A stretch of DNA of 32,000 nt from positions 290,270-322,269 of the forward strand of contig NC_015666.1 of the NCBI RefSeq assembly GCF_000217715.1. Direction: 5' to 3'. Position numbers and translations under genes: made by a program. A model generated the notes under the pieces. The model made no database searches. It saw nothing but the letters and a program-made list of their open reading frames with translations, and was not told the DNA's origin. Each line of letters begins with the position of its first letter. The stretch's first letter is position 1. Origin of the DNA: Halopiger xanaduensis SH-6 (GTDB lineage Archaea > Halobacteriota > Halobacteria > Halobacteriales > Natrialbaceae). Below, one piece after another: positions 18,003 through 25,575 of this stretch.

Positions 18003-18857
18003 GTGGGTGGAGCACCTTCTACGGACAGTATGCTGGAGTACCCCGAATCCGCGTTTGTCCGAGAGGACATCACGGTTACCGACTATCAGGGAGTGGGTGT
18101 CTACGTTGACGACGATGGTGCGCTGTGCCCGACGGTCGTGGATGTTGTTGATCGTATCGACTTTAGTGAGGAACCGGGAAGACTGTACGAGCCTTTGATG
18201 CCAACGGACGGGGTGAACCGCACGACCGACCGCCCCGACCTGATACGCTGGTACGCCGCCCGTGTCGGCGAGTTGGCGCACGACTATATCGCCGACTACG
18301 TAGACCTGACGTACGAAGCCGAAGCAGACGACATTTGCGACCGTATTCACGATGCGGTTGGTATTGATGCTGACTCGGGAGAAGTTGTTGAGGCGCTGGA
18401 TGAGTACCGACACGAAGAGTACGTAGCGGATGATGCCGTGACGCAAGCGCAGCGGGATGCGAAGACATTGAAGAGCGTCTGGATGGATTGGGCAGACGAC
18501 CACAACGTAGATTGGCTTCAGGACACGATCCGGGCGGAGTGGCGGACAATCTATAAAGTAGAGGTGGACTGGGACACCCGGGTCGGCATCCGACCAGATC
18601 TAATCGTGTGGTTGGATGGTGACGTGACGGCGGTATCGCTAAAGACGGGGTATCGGATTACGATGGCGCACCGGATGCAGGCGACGATTACCGCGAAATT
18701 CGAGGGCGCGATCGACCGCGTGATGATCGTGCGACTTGACCGTGATACCGAGACGTACGAGATTGAGGAACCAGATGGGAACGAGGACTGGCCGACTGCA
18801 TTGCTAGATGTACGATTCCGGGAGGAAGCACGGAAGTTATTCCGTGCGCTGAACTAG
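18003..18857 (+). CDS. Hypothetical 284-aa protein with a possible degenerate PD-(D/E)xK nuclease fold
   Basis: Long acidic ORF. Start is GTG at 18003 or ATG at 18030. The C-terminal segment KVEVDW...IRPDLIVWLDGDVTAVSLKTGY resembles an E...D...(S)xK nuclease core. The acidic residue before K is replaced by Ser, so the call is weak. Confidence 0.5.
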   Translation: MGGAPSTDSMLEYPESAFVREDITVTDYQGVGVYVDDDGALCPTVVDVVDRIDFSEEPGRLYEPLMPTDGVNRTTDRPDLIRWYAARVGELAHDYIADYVDLTYEAEADDICDRIHDAVGIDADSGEVVEALDEYRHEEYVADDAVTQAQRDAKTLKSVWMDWADDHNVDWLQDTIRAEWRTIYKVEVDWDTRVGIRPDLIVWLDGDVTAVSLKTGYRITMAHRMQATITAKFEGAIDRVMIVRLDRDTETYEIEEPDGNEDWPTALLDVRFREEARKLFRALN

Positions 18858-19101
18858 CCCTCTATTGTCAGCTTCATCGGTTACCAACAGATCACTGACC
18901 ACGAGTGATCCGGATGCGTACCATCACCAGCGCCTTCGTCGCAGTCACCATCGTCCAGTCTGTGGCCATCCAGCATTGTCCCTGCAGCCATCGTGTCGTT
19001 CGGAGAGTGGAGAGAAGCGGACTACGTGGCCATCGCATGAACTAGATCTGACCGACGAGTCCGCACGTACGTTGTCAAGGCTGCTAATTACACGTTCCGT
19101 C

Positions 19102-19350
19102 CTAATCCTTCTTTTCCGGTGATTTGAGCCTCCACTCCCCATCCGTAAGGGAGATCGATGCTTGCTCTCCGTTTCCGTTACCGACGACCGTGACTGTCTG
19201 TCCCTCGACAGCGGTGATGTAAACCCGATGTTCTGACCCCTCAACGGCGAGTTCGACGTGCTCTCCCTCGGTGAGCTGTTCGCGGTCAACTTCGTGAATG
19301 CTCGGCGTCACTACCAACGCGGTCGAGCAGCATCGGTCAAAAGGATCCAC
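19102..19350 (-). CDS. Small beta-rich hypothetical protein (82 aa, or 70 aa from GTG at 19311)
   Basis: Acidic composition (EVDREQLTEGEHVELAVEGSEHRVYITAVEGQTVTVVGNG). Divergent from the zinc-ribbon gene pair. No motif recognised. Confidence 0.35.
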   Translation of the reverse strand: MDPFDRCCSTALVVTPSIHEVDREQLTEGEHVELAVEGSEHRVYITAVEGQTVTVVGNGNGEQASISLTDGEWRLKSPEKKD

Positions 19351-19406
19351 GTTCCTCCGCAGCCACCGGTGGCAGCCGGCGAGCCGGCATTCAAGTCGAA
19401 TCTCAC

Positions 19407-19640
19407 GTGTCGACGATAGTGATGGCGACGATCACAGATGATTGCGACGCGTGCGGTACGGAACAGGAGTGGACAGTCGAACGCAACCTCCGCCACAACA
19501 GCTGCTCCGAATGTGGGATGCGGCATATGATCTCCCTTTCTGAAAGGGAAGCGTTCGAACATAAGCAGAAGAGTCAGTCCGAGCAGCAGGAGATGTTCGA
19601 CAAACTGCGGAAGTGGGACGAAGAGGAGGTGGGCGTGTAA
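19407..19640 (+). CDS. Small zinc-ribbon protein (77 aa from GTG; 72 aa from ATG at 19422)
   Basis: Two CxxC pairs: DDCDACGTEQ ... NSCSECGMRH. The C-terminal helix is charged. The stop overlaps the next start (TAATG at 19638-19642). Confidence 0.5.
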   Translation: MSTIVMATITDDCDACGTEQEWTVERNLRHNSCSECGMRHMISLSEREAFEHKQKSQSEQQEMFDKLRKWDEEEVGV

Positions 19641-19801
19641 TGCCGGTCGTCAAAACGGAGTGCGATCGACGCGACCGCGGCGGCGAAATCACCTACACGG
19701 GCGTCGATCCCGATGGGGAACTCAGAAACTGCCCTGACTGTGGGTGCGAGGTGGCAGTCGACCCAGAAGCCGGTGAGGCGCTTCACGTCGAGAAAGAGTA
19801 A
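19640..19801 (+). CDS. Small zinc-ribbon-like protein, 53 aa
   Basis: ATG at 19640 shares a base with the upstream TAA. MPVVKTECDRRDRGGEITYTG...NCPDCGCEV contains CxxC plus additional Cys. Acidic. Confidence 0.45.
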   Translation: MPVVKTECDRRDRGGEITYTGVDPDGELRNCPDCGCEVAVDPEAGEALHVEKE

Positions 19802-19848
19802 CTGTACAAGCTACTCACAACGTCTGATAGGGGAAATTCTCCGTCTCT

Positions 19849-20013
19849 CTATTCATCCAGAATCCGGAATGCCTCGCGGATGTGCTCGTGAGCCTGCTTG
19901 ACTTCCTCGATGGCATCACCATCCATGTCCTGTTCCTCCGCCTCCGCGACCCAGCCTTTGCATCCACTCACGGACATCGCCAGCTTCGCCTTCAGCCGTT
20001 CTTCATCCTCCAT
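19849..20013 (-). CDS. Small acidic helical protein, 54 aa
   Basis: MEDEERLKAKLAMSVSGCKGWVAEAEEQDMDGDAIEEVKQAHEHIREAFRILDE. I preferred the internal ATG over the 79-aa extension, whose N-terminus is basic and atypical for this window. Confidence 0.3.
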   Translation of the reverse strand: MEDEERLKAKLAMSVSGCKGWVAEAEEQDMDGDAIEEVKQAHEHIREAFRILDE

Positions 20014-20263
20014 AGCGCCGGCATTCTCACCCCTATTACCGGATAAATGTCGGCACGTGGGTCGTCTACTTTTTACCACTAGCTCCATGACGACGTGTCG
20101 ATAATCGAAAGGGGATGGCTCCCCCAGAACCTAGGTGGTCGACTCCACCTGCCCACCGGCGGGTTCTATCCCGCCAGTCTATCAATATGTTCCCTCCCAC
20201 CGTAAAACCAGCGCAGAAGCCGCGAAAATGCCCCTAGCTATCATTTAGGACGTCAAAGCGACT

Positions 20264-21232
20264 ATGCCGGTGGCGGCCGCGGATACTAGTATGCTCGACG
20301 ATCCTCCTGACATCGGCCCTGACGAAAAGTGGCCCGACGACTGGTCTCGAGAGGAACGCGTCGAAGCAGTCGATGACACACTACATGAGCCTCGGAATGT
20401 CGACTGGATCGCCGACGAGGCTGACGTCAACCCCGAGTTTGCTCGCTCGATGCTCGCCGAACTGGCCAAGTCAGATGACGCGTTCGTTCGCGTCGACGAG
20501 GGATACTGCTGGGACGAACAAAAACTGCGCCTGCAGAAGCGCGAACGTCTCGCAGAGAAACCAGCCGCTGAACTGCGCGAGGAACTGAACCGAATCAACG
20601 ACGAGATCGATGAGTGGCGCGAAGAGCACGACGCCGACAGCCCCGACGAGGTCGATGACTATCGAGTCGCGTATGACTGGCGTCGCTCTCGCCACCTGCA
20701 GAGGATGATCCGCGGTCTGCTCGCAGACGACGCGTTCCTCGAGGCCGTTGGCGCCGTTGCGTGCGGCTATGAGTCGCTGCCCGAAGCCGCGGATCGCCGA
20801 GGAGTCGACGCAGAAGATGTCGCCCGCGCACTCAGCCGCCACCAGTACCGCGAGGATTACTCGTGTCGACTCTGGGCAGATCGGCGATCCGACGGCAAGG
20901 ACGACATCGGCGAGCAATCAGACTACTCAGACACGCGGTGGTCGGACGACAGCACGCTTAACGTGCGGTCAGGGGAGGAGATTGCGCGAGCTAACGGCGT
21001 TGACGTTGAGGTCGTAGAGGAGTTCATCGAGGCGATGTCGGAGCAGGAGCAGGCAATAATCGATGACCGTATCGAGGAGATTGAAGACGACACTCGCCGC
21101 TACTCAACCGAAGATGTCGCTGACGATCTCGGGATAGACCTCGGCGATCGCGTCACGGAACTCGAGAACGAGGAAGGACTCGAAGACATCGACGACCTTC
21201 TCGATGATCTCCCGGACGAGGAGCAAGATTGA
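20264..21232 (+). CDS. Highly acidic hypothetical protein with a possible N-terminal wHTH, 322 aa
   Basis: Long ORF with an extreme D/E content. The N-terminal VDWIADEADVNPEFARSMLAELAKSDDAFVRVDEGY fits a helix-turn-helix plus wing pattern. Followed directly by the ORB-like repeat region. Confidence 0.6.
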   Translation: MPVAAADTSMLDDPPDIGPDEKWPDDWSREERVEAVDDTLHEPRNVDWIADEADVNPEFARSMLAELAKSDDAFVRVDEGYCWDEQKLRLQKRERLAEKPAAELREELNRINDEIDEWREEHDADSPDEVDDYRVAYDWRRSRHLQRMIRGLLADDAFLEAVGAVACGYESLPEAADRRGVDAEDVARALSRHQYREDYSCRLWADRRSDGKDDIGEQSDYSDTRWSDDSTLNVRSGEEIARANGVDVEVVEEFIEAMSEQEQAIIDDRIEEIEDDTRRYSTEDVADDLGIDLGDRVTELENEEGLEDIDDLLDDLPDEEQD

Positions 21233-21276
21233 ATCGGACACGATGACTGTTCGCTGCTGGCGAAGACGCGATACCC

Positions 21277-21551
21277 CACACCCCCTTCAGTTCTGATGTA
21301 AACCGCCCCAGTGAACGACGATCTGCGATTATGGTACATACCCCCCGGTTCCAATGAAGGAGCCGGGGGGACACCCCACCTCTTGAATGAAAACCAGCAG
21401 ATAGAGAACCTCACACCCCCTCGACTTCCGATGTAAAATCCCCCTACGGAACGTCGATCTCCGGCCACGCGCACGCACCCCTCGGTTCCGATGAACGGAT
21501 TAGAGGGAGACACCCCACGTCTGGAATGTAAAACCAGCAGATACGGAACCT
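21277..21551. repeat. Two degenerate tandem units (~135 and ~140 bp), each carrying three ORB-like C/G-string elements
   Basis: Unit A is 21277-21411 and unit B is 21412-21551. They align by eye through conserved blocks: CACACCCCC, GATGTAAA, GAACG.CGATCT, GGTTCC.ATGAA...GGG, GACACCCCAC, GAATG(T)AAAACCAGCAGATA.(G)GAACCT. They lie in the convergent intergenic gap between 20264-21232 (+) and 21560-22321 (-). Confidence 0.75.
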
Positions 21552-21559
21552 ACAAGCCG

Positions 21560-22321
21560 TCAATCCTTTCCCCACATCCACTCTCGGAACTTCCGACTGA
21601 TCTTCTCGTGCCGCTTCTCGTCTGGGCCCTTCCTCGCAACAACGCCGCGAATTTCGCCCCCCACGTCCATCCACGGCAATCGCTGTCCGTTGTCGGGGTT
21701 CCGTACGTTATCAATCCAACTACCGACTGACCATGCCCACGCCTCCTCCGCGATCTTCTTCGTCTTCTTCGACCGCTCCTCGTTCGCGTTGACCTTGTCG
21801 CTCAACTCCTTGACTTCCTCACGAAGTTCCTTGTTCTCCTCTTCCAACTCTTTCACGCGGTTACGCCACTGTCCGAACTCGGACTTGAGGTTACCACGCT
21901 CATCTTCTGCCTCATCTTCGACAGCCTCGATTGATTCCTTGAGTTCGGATTGGTTGTCCCGAATCTCGTCGAGGAGATCGCGGACAAGACCCATTTCGTC
22001 ATTCATCTCGCGGGTGGCATCGAGTACCTCTTCTCGGAGCGCGTAATGGGCGAGGTCACTCCACTGGTCGCTTACGTACCGGTTCCCCTCTGTTGTTAGC
22101 TTGAATACTCGAACGTCATTACCTGCGTGCGGGCGTGTTCCACACTGCTTGACGAGCCCTGCGGGTGCGAGCCACTCGTCGATTCTGTGCTTGATGAGGC
22201 GCGGCTTCCCGCCGGTCATCTCTTTCAGCTCTGTCGTGCTGCACCGACCACGTTTGAACAGCGCAGTAAGTGTCTTCTCAGCGAGGAGATCCATTTTCTC
22301 CGGTTCCTCGTACCTCGCCAT
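21560..22321 (-). CDS. Winged-HTH DNA-binding protein with a central coiled coil and a Trp-rich C-terminus, 253 aa
   Basis: N-terminal LTALFKRGRCSTTELKEMTGGKPRLIKHRIDEWLAPAGLVKQ...VRVFKLTTEGNRY fits a wHTH pattern. Heptad-rich region: LLDEIRDNQSELKESIEAVEDE...VKELEEENKELREEVKELSDKV. An AT-rich stretch (GTTGTTTATTTATCAATAATG, ~22328-22348) sits immediately upstream. Confidence 0.75.
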   Translation of the reverse strand: MARYEEPEKMDLLAEKTLTALFKRGRCSTTELKEMTGGKPRLIKHRIDEWLAPAGLVKQCGTRPHAGNDVRVFKLTTEGNRYVSDQWSDLAHYALREEVLDATREMNDEMGLVRDLLDEIRDNQSELKESIEAVEDEAEDERGNLKSEFGQWRNRVKELEEENKELREEVKELSDKVNANEERSKKTKKIAEEAWAWSVGSWIDNVRNPDNGQRLPWMDVGGEIRGVVARKGPDEKRHEKISRKFREWMWGKD

Positions 22322-22683
22322 ATTCGTGTTGTTTATTTATCAATAATGCGGTAAGAACCTCTCGGAACAGGGGTGGGAATGTTCGGCCATAGGCGGAATA
22401 TTTCGGGGGGATATTCTGAGGGTATTCGGCCTAACTGGAACGCCGTCCGAATACCGCATGCGGGTACCCCTTCCAGTAGTTGCTCCCGGGACGCATGCCC
22501 CACCGAAGCGACAAGGGGCGCTCAGGCGCCGCGCCCCTACGAACCCCCGGCTCCAACGTGTTGGGGAGTTGTGGATTCCAGCGAGGAGAGCTTTTGAGCA
22601 GACCTGAAAGTTTCCGGAGTACAGACCCGCAACAATGAGAGGATGCATTCCTTGGCGGAAGAGCTTCCCCGCTACGAAAGCGA

Positions 22684-22788
22684 GTTTCATCGGAACTGAG
22701 GGGGTGGGAGAAGTGTGTGGACTCCACCCGAACTAAGGGGGTCTCCATCGACTTCGGCGGTTTCGAGTTTTCATTCAAGAGGTGGGGT
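22684..22788. repeat. Cluster of ORB-like G-string elements, inverted relative to those at 21277-21551; includes one arm of a perfect 22-bp inverted repeat
   Basis: GTTTTCATTCAAGAGGTGGGGT (22767-22788) is the exact reverse complement of ACCCCACCTCTTGAATGAAAAC (21373-21394). GTTTCATCGGAACTGAGGGGGTGGG (22684-22708) is close to the reverse complement of the element at 21412-21440. Further copies: CGAACTAAGGGGGTC (~22729-22743) and CGGAACAGGGGTGGG (22363-22377). Confidence 0.65.
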
Positions 22789-22953
22789 ATCCCCCACGTG
22801 GCAGCAAGATTACTCCACTAGTAATGTGTAGTCTCTCCTCGAGCTACTCCTTCCCATATTCAACCCCTAAGTGAGGTACGTAGCGTCGGTGAGGCGAATG
22901 ATCTCGACTATGGATGGTACGCAAGTCGCAAAAGAAGCGTAAGTAACGTAGCA

Positions 22954-25575
22954 GTGAAATTAGCTATACTCAACCTTTTTGAGATATACGCCAAGAGTAC
23001 CAGTGTGTCATTCAAACGGTCTCGTTCTATCGACGCTCTCTATGACGCAGTCGAGGATTACGATCTGGTGTTGACGACTGATGCACCACTCAGTCATGCC
23101 CTGAATCGCCGACTCGATCGTCCACACCTCGGTCGCTTCGCGGCCACCCCACGGATGCTCGCGTCGGGTGAATTTGACCCGCAAGACGATCGAACTCTGT
23201 TTTTGCGCCTCATCGACGAAACGGATCTGAGTTACAAGCACGCCGCCTATCTCCTCGAGAACATCCTCGGTTGTTGGGAGGAAACTGGAGACCTGCGTGC
23301 GATTCTCGACTACGACCGATTCGATAGCGAGGAGACGCGTCAAGCTATTTCGGTGATCGAGTCCGCCGAGAGTTCCCATCGAGACCTCGCCGAGTATCGC
23401 ATCGAGGATGGAACGTCGGTCGCGCTCATCGGCGAGAAGCAGTTCACGGCGCTCGACAAGTCGGTGCTTCCGGACTCCTACGACGCAATCGATCCGTTTG
23501 CTGACGACGGGTTCGACCTGCCGGAGTTCCACGTCTTCGACGGCCCGACCGCGATCGTCGACGCCGTCGTTGATAACGTCTCGCCGGACACCGCCGACGA
23601 CGTCGCGATCATTATGGACAGCGGCGGGGAGTATCCCGCCCTCGTCGAATCCGCGTTCGAGGCGGCTGGCATCCCCTTCTACGGCGGGCCGGGATTCACC
23701 GACGACGAGACTATCCGCACGTACCTCCGGTTGCTGCGCACGGCGCACAGCGATTCCCGGGCACGCGTCAGCGACGTTCGACCGATCCTCACCCATCTCG
23801 GTCGCCCGCCATCCGTCGTCGACGACGAGAAGTTCCTCCACGAACTCAACCACGAGGAACTCCGCCCTCTGCAGGAGTTCTGTCGCACCATCGACGACTA
23901 CACGTTCGGTGAGACGGTGGCCACGTTCGAAGACTGGAGCGGGAAGACGCTGGACGCGTTCCACGAGGAACTGCGGGAACTCGGACTACACGATGATCGG
24001 GTGACGAGCGACTCGATCGATGATCTCGAGTTCTACCTCCAGTCGTTCGACGTGCCCGTCGATCGCGACGACTCGGGCGTACTGCTGGCCGATGCCACCG
24101 CCGCGGCCTACGTCGACCGTCCGGTCGTGTTCTACCTCGGGATGGACGTGGACTGGACGCATCGGATTCTCGACCGCCCGTGGATCGACGCCGACGCGAA
24201 GGACGAGCAGTACCTTCGACAGTTCCAAATTCTTCTCCAGAACGGTCGCGATCAGTACTATCTGGTACAGGAGACGAGCGCCGGCCAGCCCGTTACACCG
24301 TGTCTCTACTTCCACGATCTCCTCGACGACGACTTCGAGACGATCGGAGACCTGCCGCATATCTCCCACAGTCGCCTCAGTAGTGACGGCGACACTGGCT
24401 TCGAGAAGGAGGATGTAGATGTCGCGCCAAGCGAGATCGATGTGGTCAGCCAGTCGAGCCTGAACACCTTCATCAACTGCCCGCGGGACTACTACTTCGA
24501 CAGGATCGTCGACAACCCTGACCGTGATTACTTCCAGAAGGGCAATCTCTTCCACGACTACGCTGAGTTCTACGTCAATCACCCCGACGTGGTCGAGGGT
24601 GCCGACCGTTCGGAGCTGGTCGATCTGATGCTGGCGGAGATGCGACCATACGTCCCCGATGTCGAACTGGAACCGCTGGAGACCGAGTTCGAAATCGGCC
24701 TCGACACGATCGAGCAGTTCGTCGCCGCCGATCCGCCTACCGACCGGGAGTACAGCCACTACGAACGACAGGAGGGGGACAACTTCTTCGCCGACCACTT
24801 CGAGAAGTCGATTGACTCCCCCATCACCGAGCGCTGGTTCGAGAATCCAAACCTCGGCGGCAAGGGGAAGGTCGACCTGATACACGCACCGGAAACGCTT
24901 CTCGACTACAAGAGCGGCGGCCGCAAGTCAGCGTCCAAGGTCGTCTCACGGTCGGACATCGAGGAAATCAGCGACGAGCCCGACTTCCAAGCGCTGCTCT
25001 ACCTCGCCCACCATCGACAGGAGCACCCAGATGAGCGTCTCGAGTTCGTCTTCTTCCACTTTCTGGAGTTGGTTGACGACGTCGTTGCCGGGGAGCCGGA
25101 TCTCGAGGATGCACTCGTCCGGGTCACCTACCACCCGATGCCGTTCAGGACGTATGCTGGCAATCGCGAGGCGTTCGATGCGCTCTGTGATGGCGTCGCC
25201 GAGAGCAACGACCGGCGGAAGACGCTGGAGCGGATGGGGTACGACGCGTATGCATCGTTCTTCGAGCGACACGACTTCCCGGAGACTGACGACACCGACG
25301 AGCTGCTCGCAACCGACTTCGCGGCCCGCTTCACCGAGTACGCGAAAGCGGAGGTCGGAGACTACGTCTACGTCGAAGACGGGACGGAAAGCGCGCTCAA
25401 GAAGCTCGTGCGGATTCGCGGTCGCAATTACTTCGAAGGCGAGGTCGACGCGTTCGAGGACTTCCTCAACGCACAGATCGACCGGATAAACCAGTATCGC
25501 ACGTCGCAGTTCCCCGTCGAGGAACCGAACTTCGACCGAGTCACCCACCGCGACCTGATCCGAACCGATGACTGA
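22954..25575 (+). CDS. AddB-like protein: degenerate helicase-like scaffold with a C-terminal RecB-family PD-(D/E)xK nuclease domain, 873 aa
   Basis: Nuclease-domain signatures: SQSSLNTFINCPRDYYF, GNLFHDYAE, GKVDLIHAPETLLDYKSGG (D...DYK), QALLYL (QxxxY). No Walker A in the N-terminal two-thirds. The stop overlaps the start of the downstream helicase (ATGACTGA, 25568-25575). Start uncertain: GTG at 22954, or GTG at 23005 preceded by a TATA-like CTTTTTGAGATATA ~26 nt upstream. Confidence 0.7.
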   Translation: MKLAILNLFEIYAKSTSVSFKRSRSIDALYDAVEDYDLVLTTDAPLSHALNRRLDRPHLGRFAATPRMLASGEFDPQDDRTLFLRLIDETDLSYKHAAYLLENILGCWEETGDLRAILDYDRFDSEETRQAISVIESAESSHRDLAEYRIEDGTSVALIGEKQFTALDKSVLPDSYDAIDPFADDGFDLPEFHVFDGPTAIVDAVVDNVSPDTADDVAIIMDSGGEYPALVESAFEAAGIPFYGGPGFTDDETIRTYLRLLRTAHSDSRARVSDVRPILTHLGRPPSVVDDEKFLHELNHEELRPLQEFCRTIDDYTFGETVATFEDWSGKTLDAFHEELRELGLHDDRVTSDSIDDLEFYLQSFDVPVDRDDSGVLLADATAAAYVDRPVVFYLGMDVDWTHRILDRPWIDADAKDEQYLRQFQILLQNGRDQYYLVQETSAGQPVTPCLYFHDLLDDDFETIGDLPHISHSRLSSDGDTGFEKEDVDVAPSEIDVVSQSSLNTFINCPRDYYFDRIVDNPDRDYFQKGNLFHDYAEFYVNHPDVVEGADRSELVDLMLAEMRPYVPDVELEPLETEFEIGLDTIEQFVAADPPTDREYSHYERQEGDNFFADHFEKSIDSPITERWFENPNLGGKGKVDLIHAPETLLDYKSGGRKSASKVVSRSDIEEISDEPDFQALLYLAHHRQEHPDERLEFVFFHFLELVDDVVAGEPDLEDALVRVTYHPMPFRTYAGNREAFDALCDGVAESNDRRKTLERMGYDAYASFFERHDFPETDDTDELLATDFAARFTEYAKAEVGDYVYVEDGTESALKKLVRIRGRNYFEGEVDAFEDFLNAQIDRINQYRTSQFPVEEPNFDRVTHRDLIRTDD

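Noticed and set aside
18945-19562. Minus-strand ORFs 18945-19289 and 19311-19562
   Set aside because: They have S/R/P-rich, non-acidic compositions. They overlap the better-supported 19102-19350 (-) and 19407-19640 (+) small genes.
21277-21551. Possibility that the repeats are a CRISPR array
   Set aside because: There are only two long (~135-140 bp) degenerate units with internal sub-repeats. There are no short identical repeats alternating with unique spacers, and no cas genes in the window.
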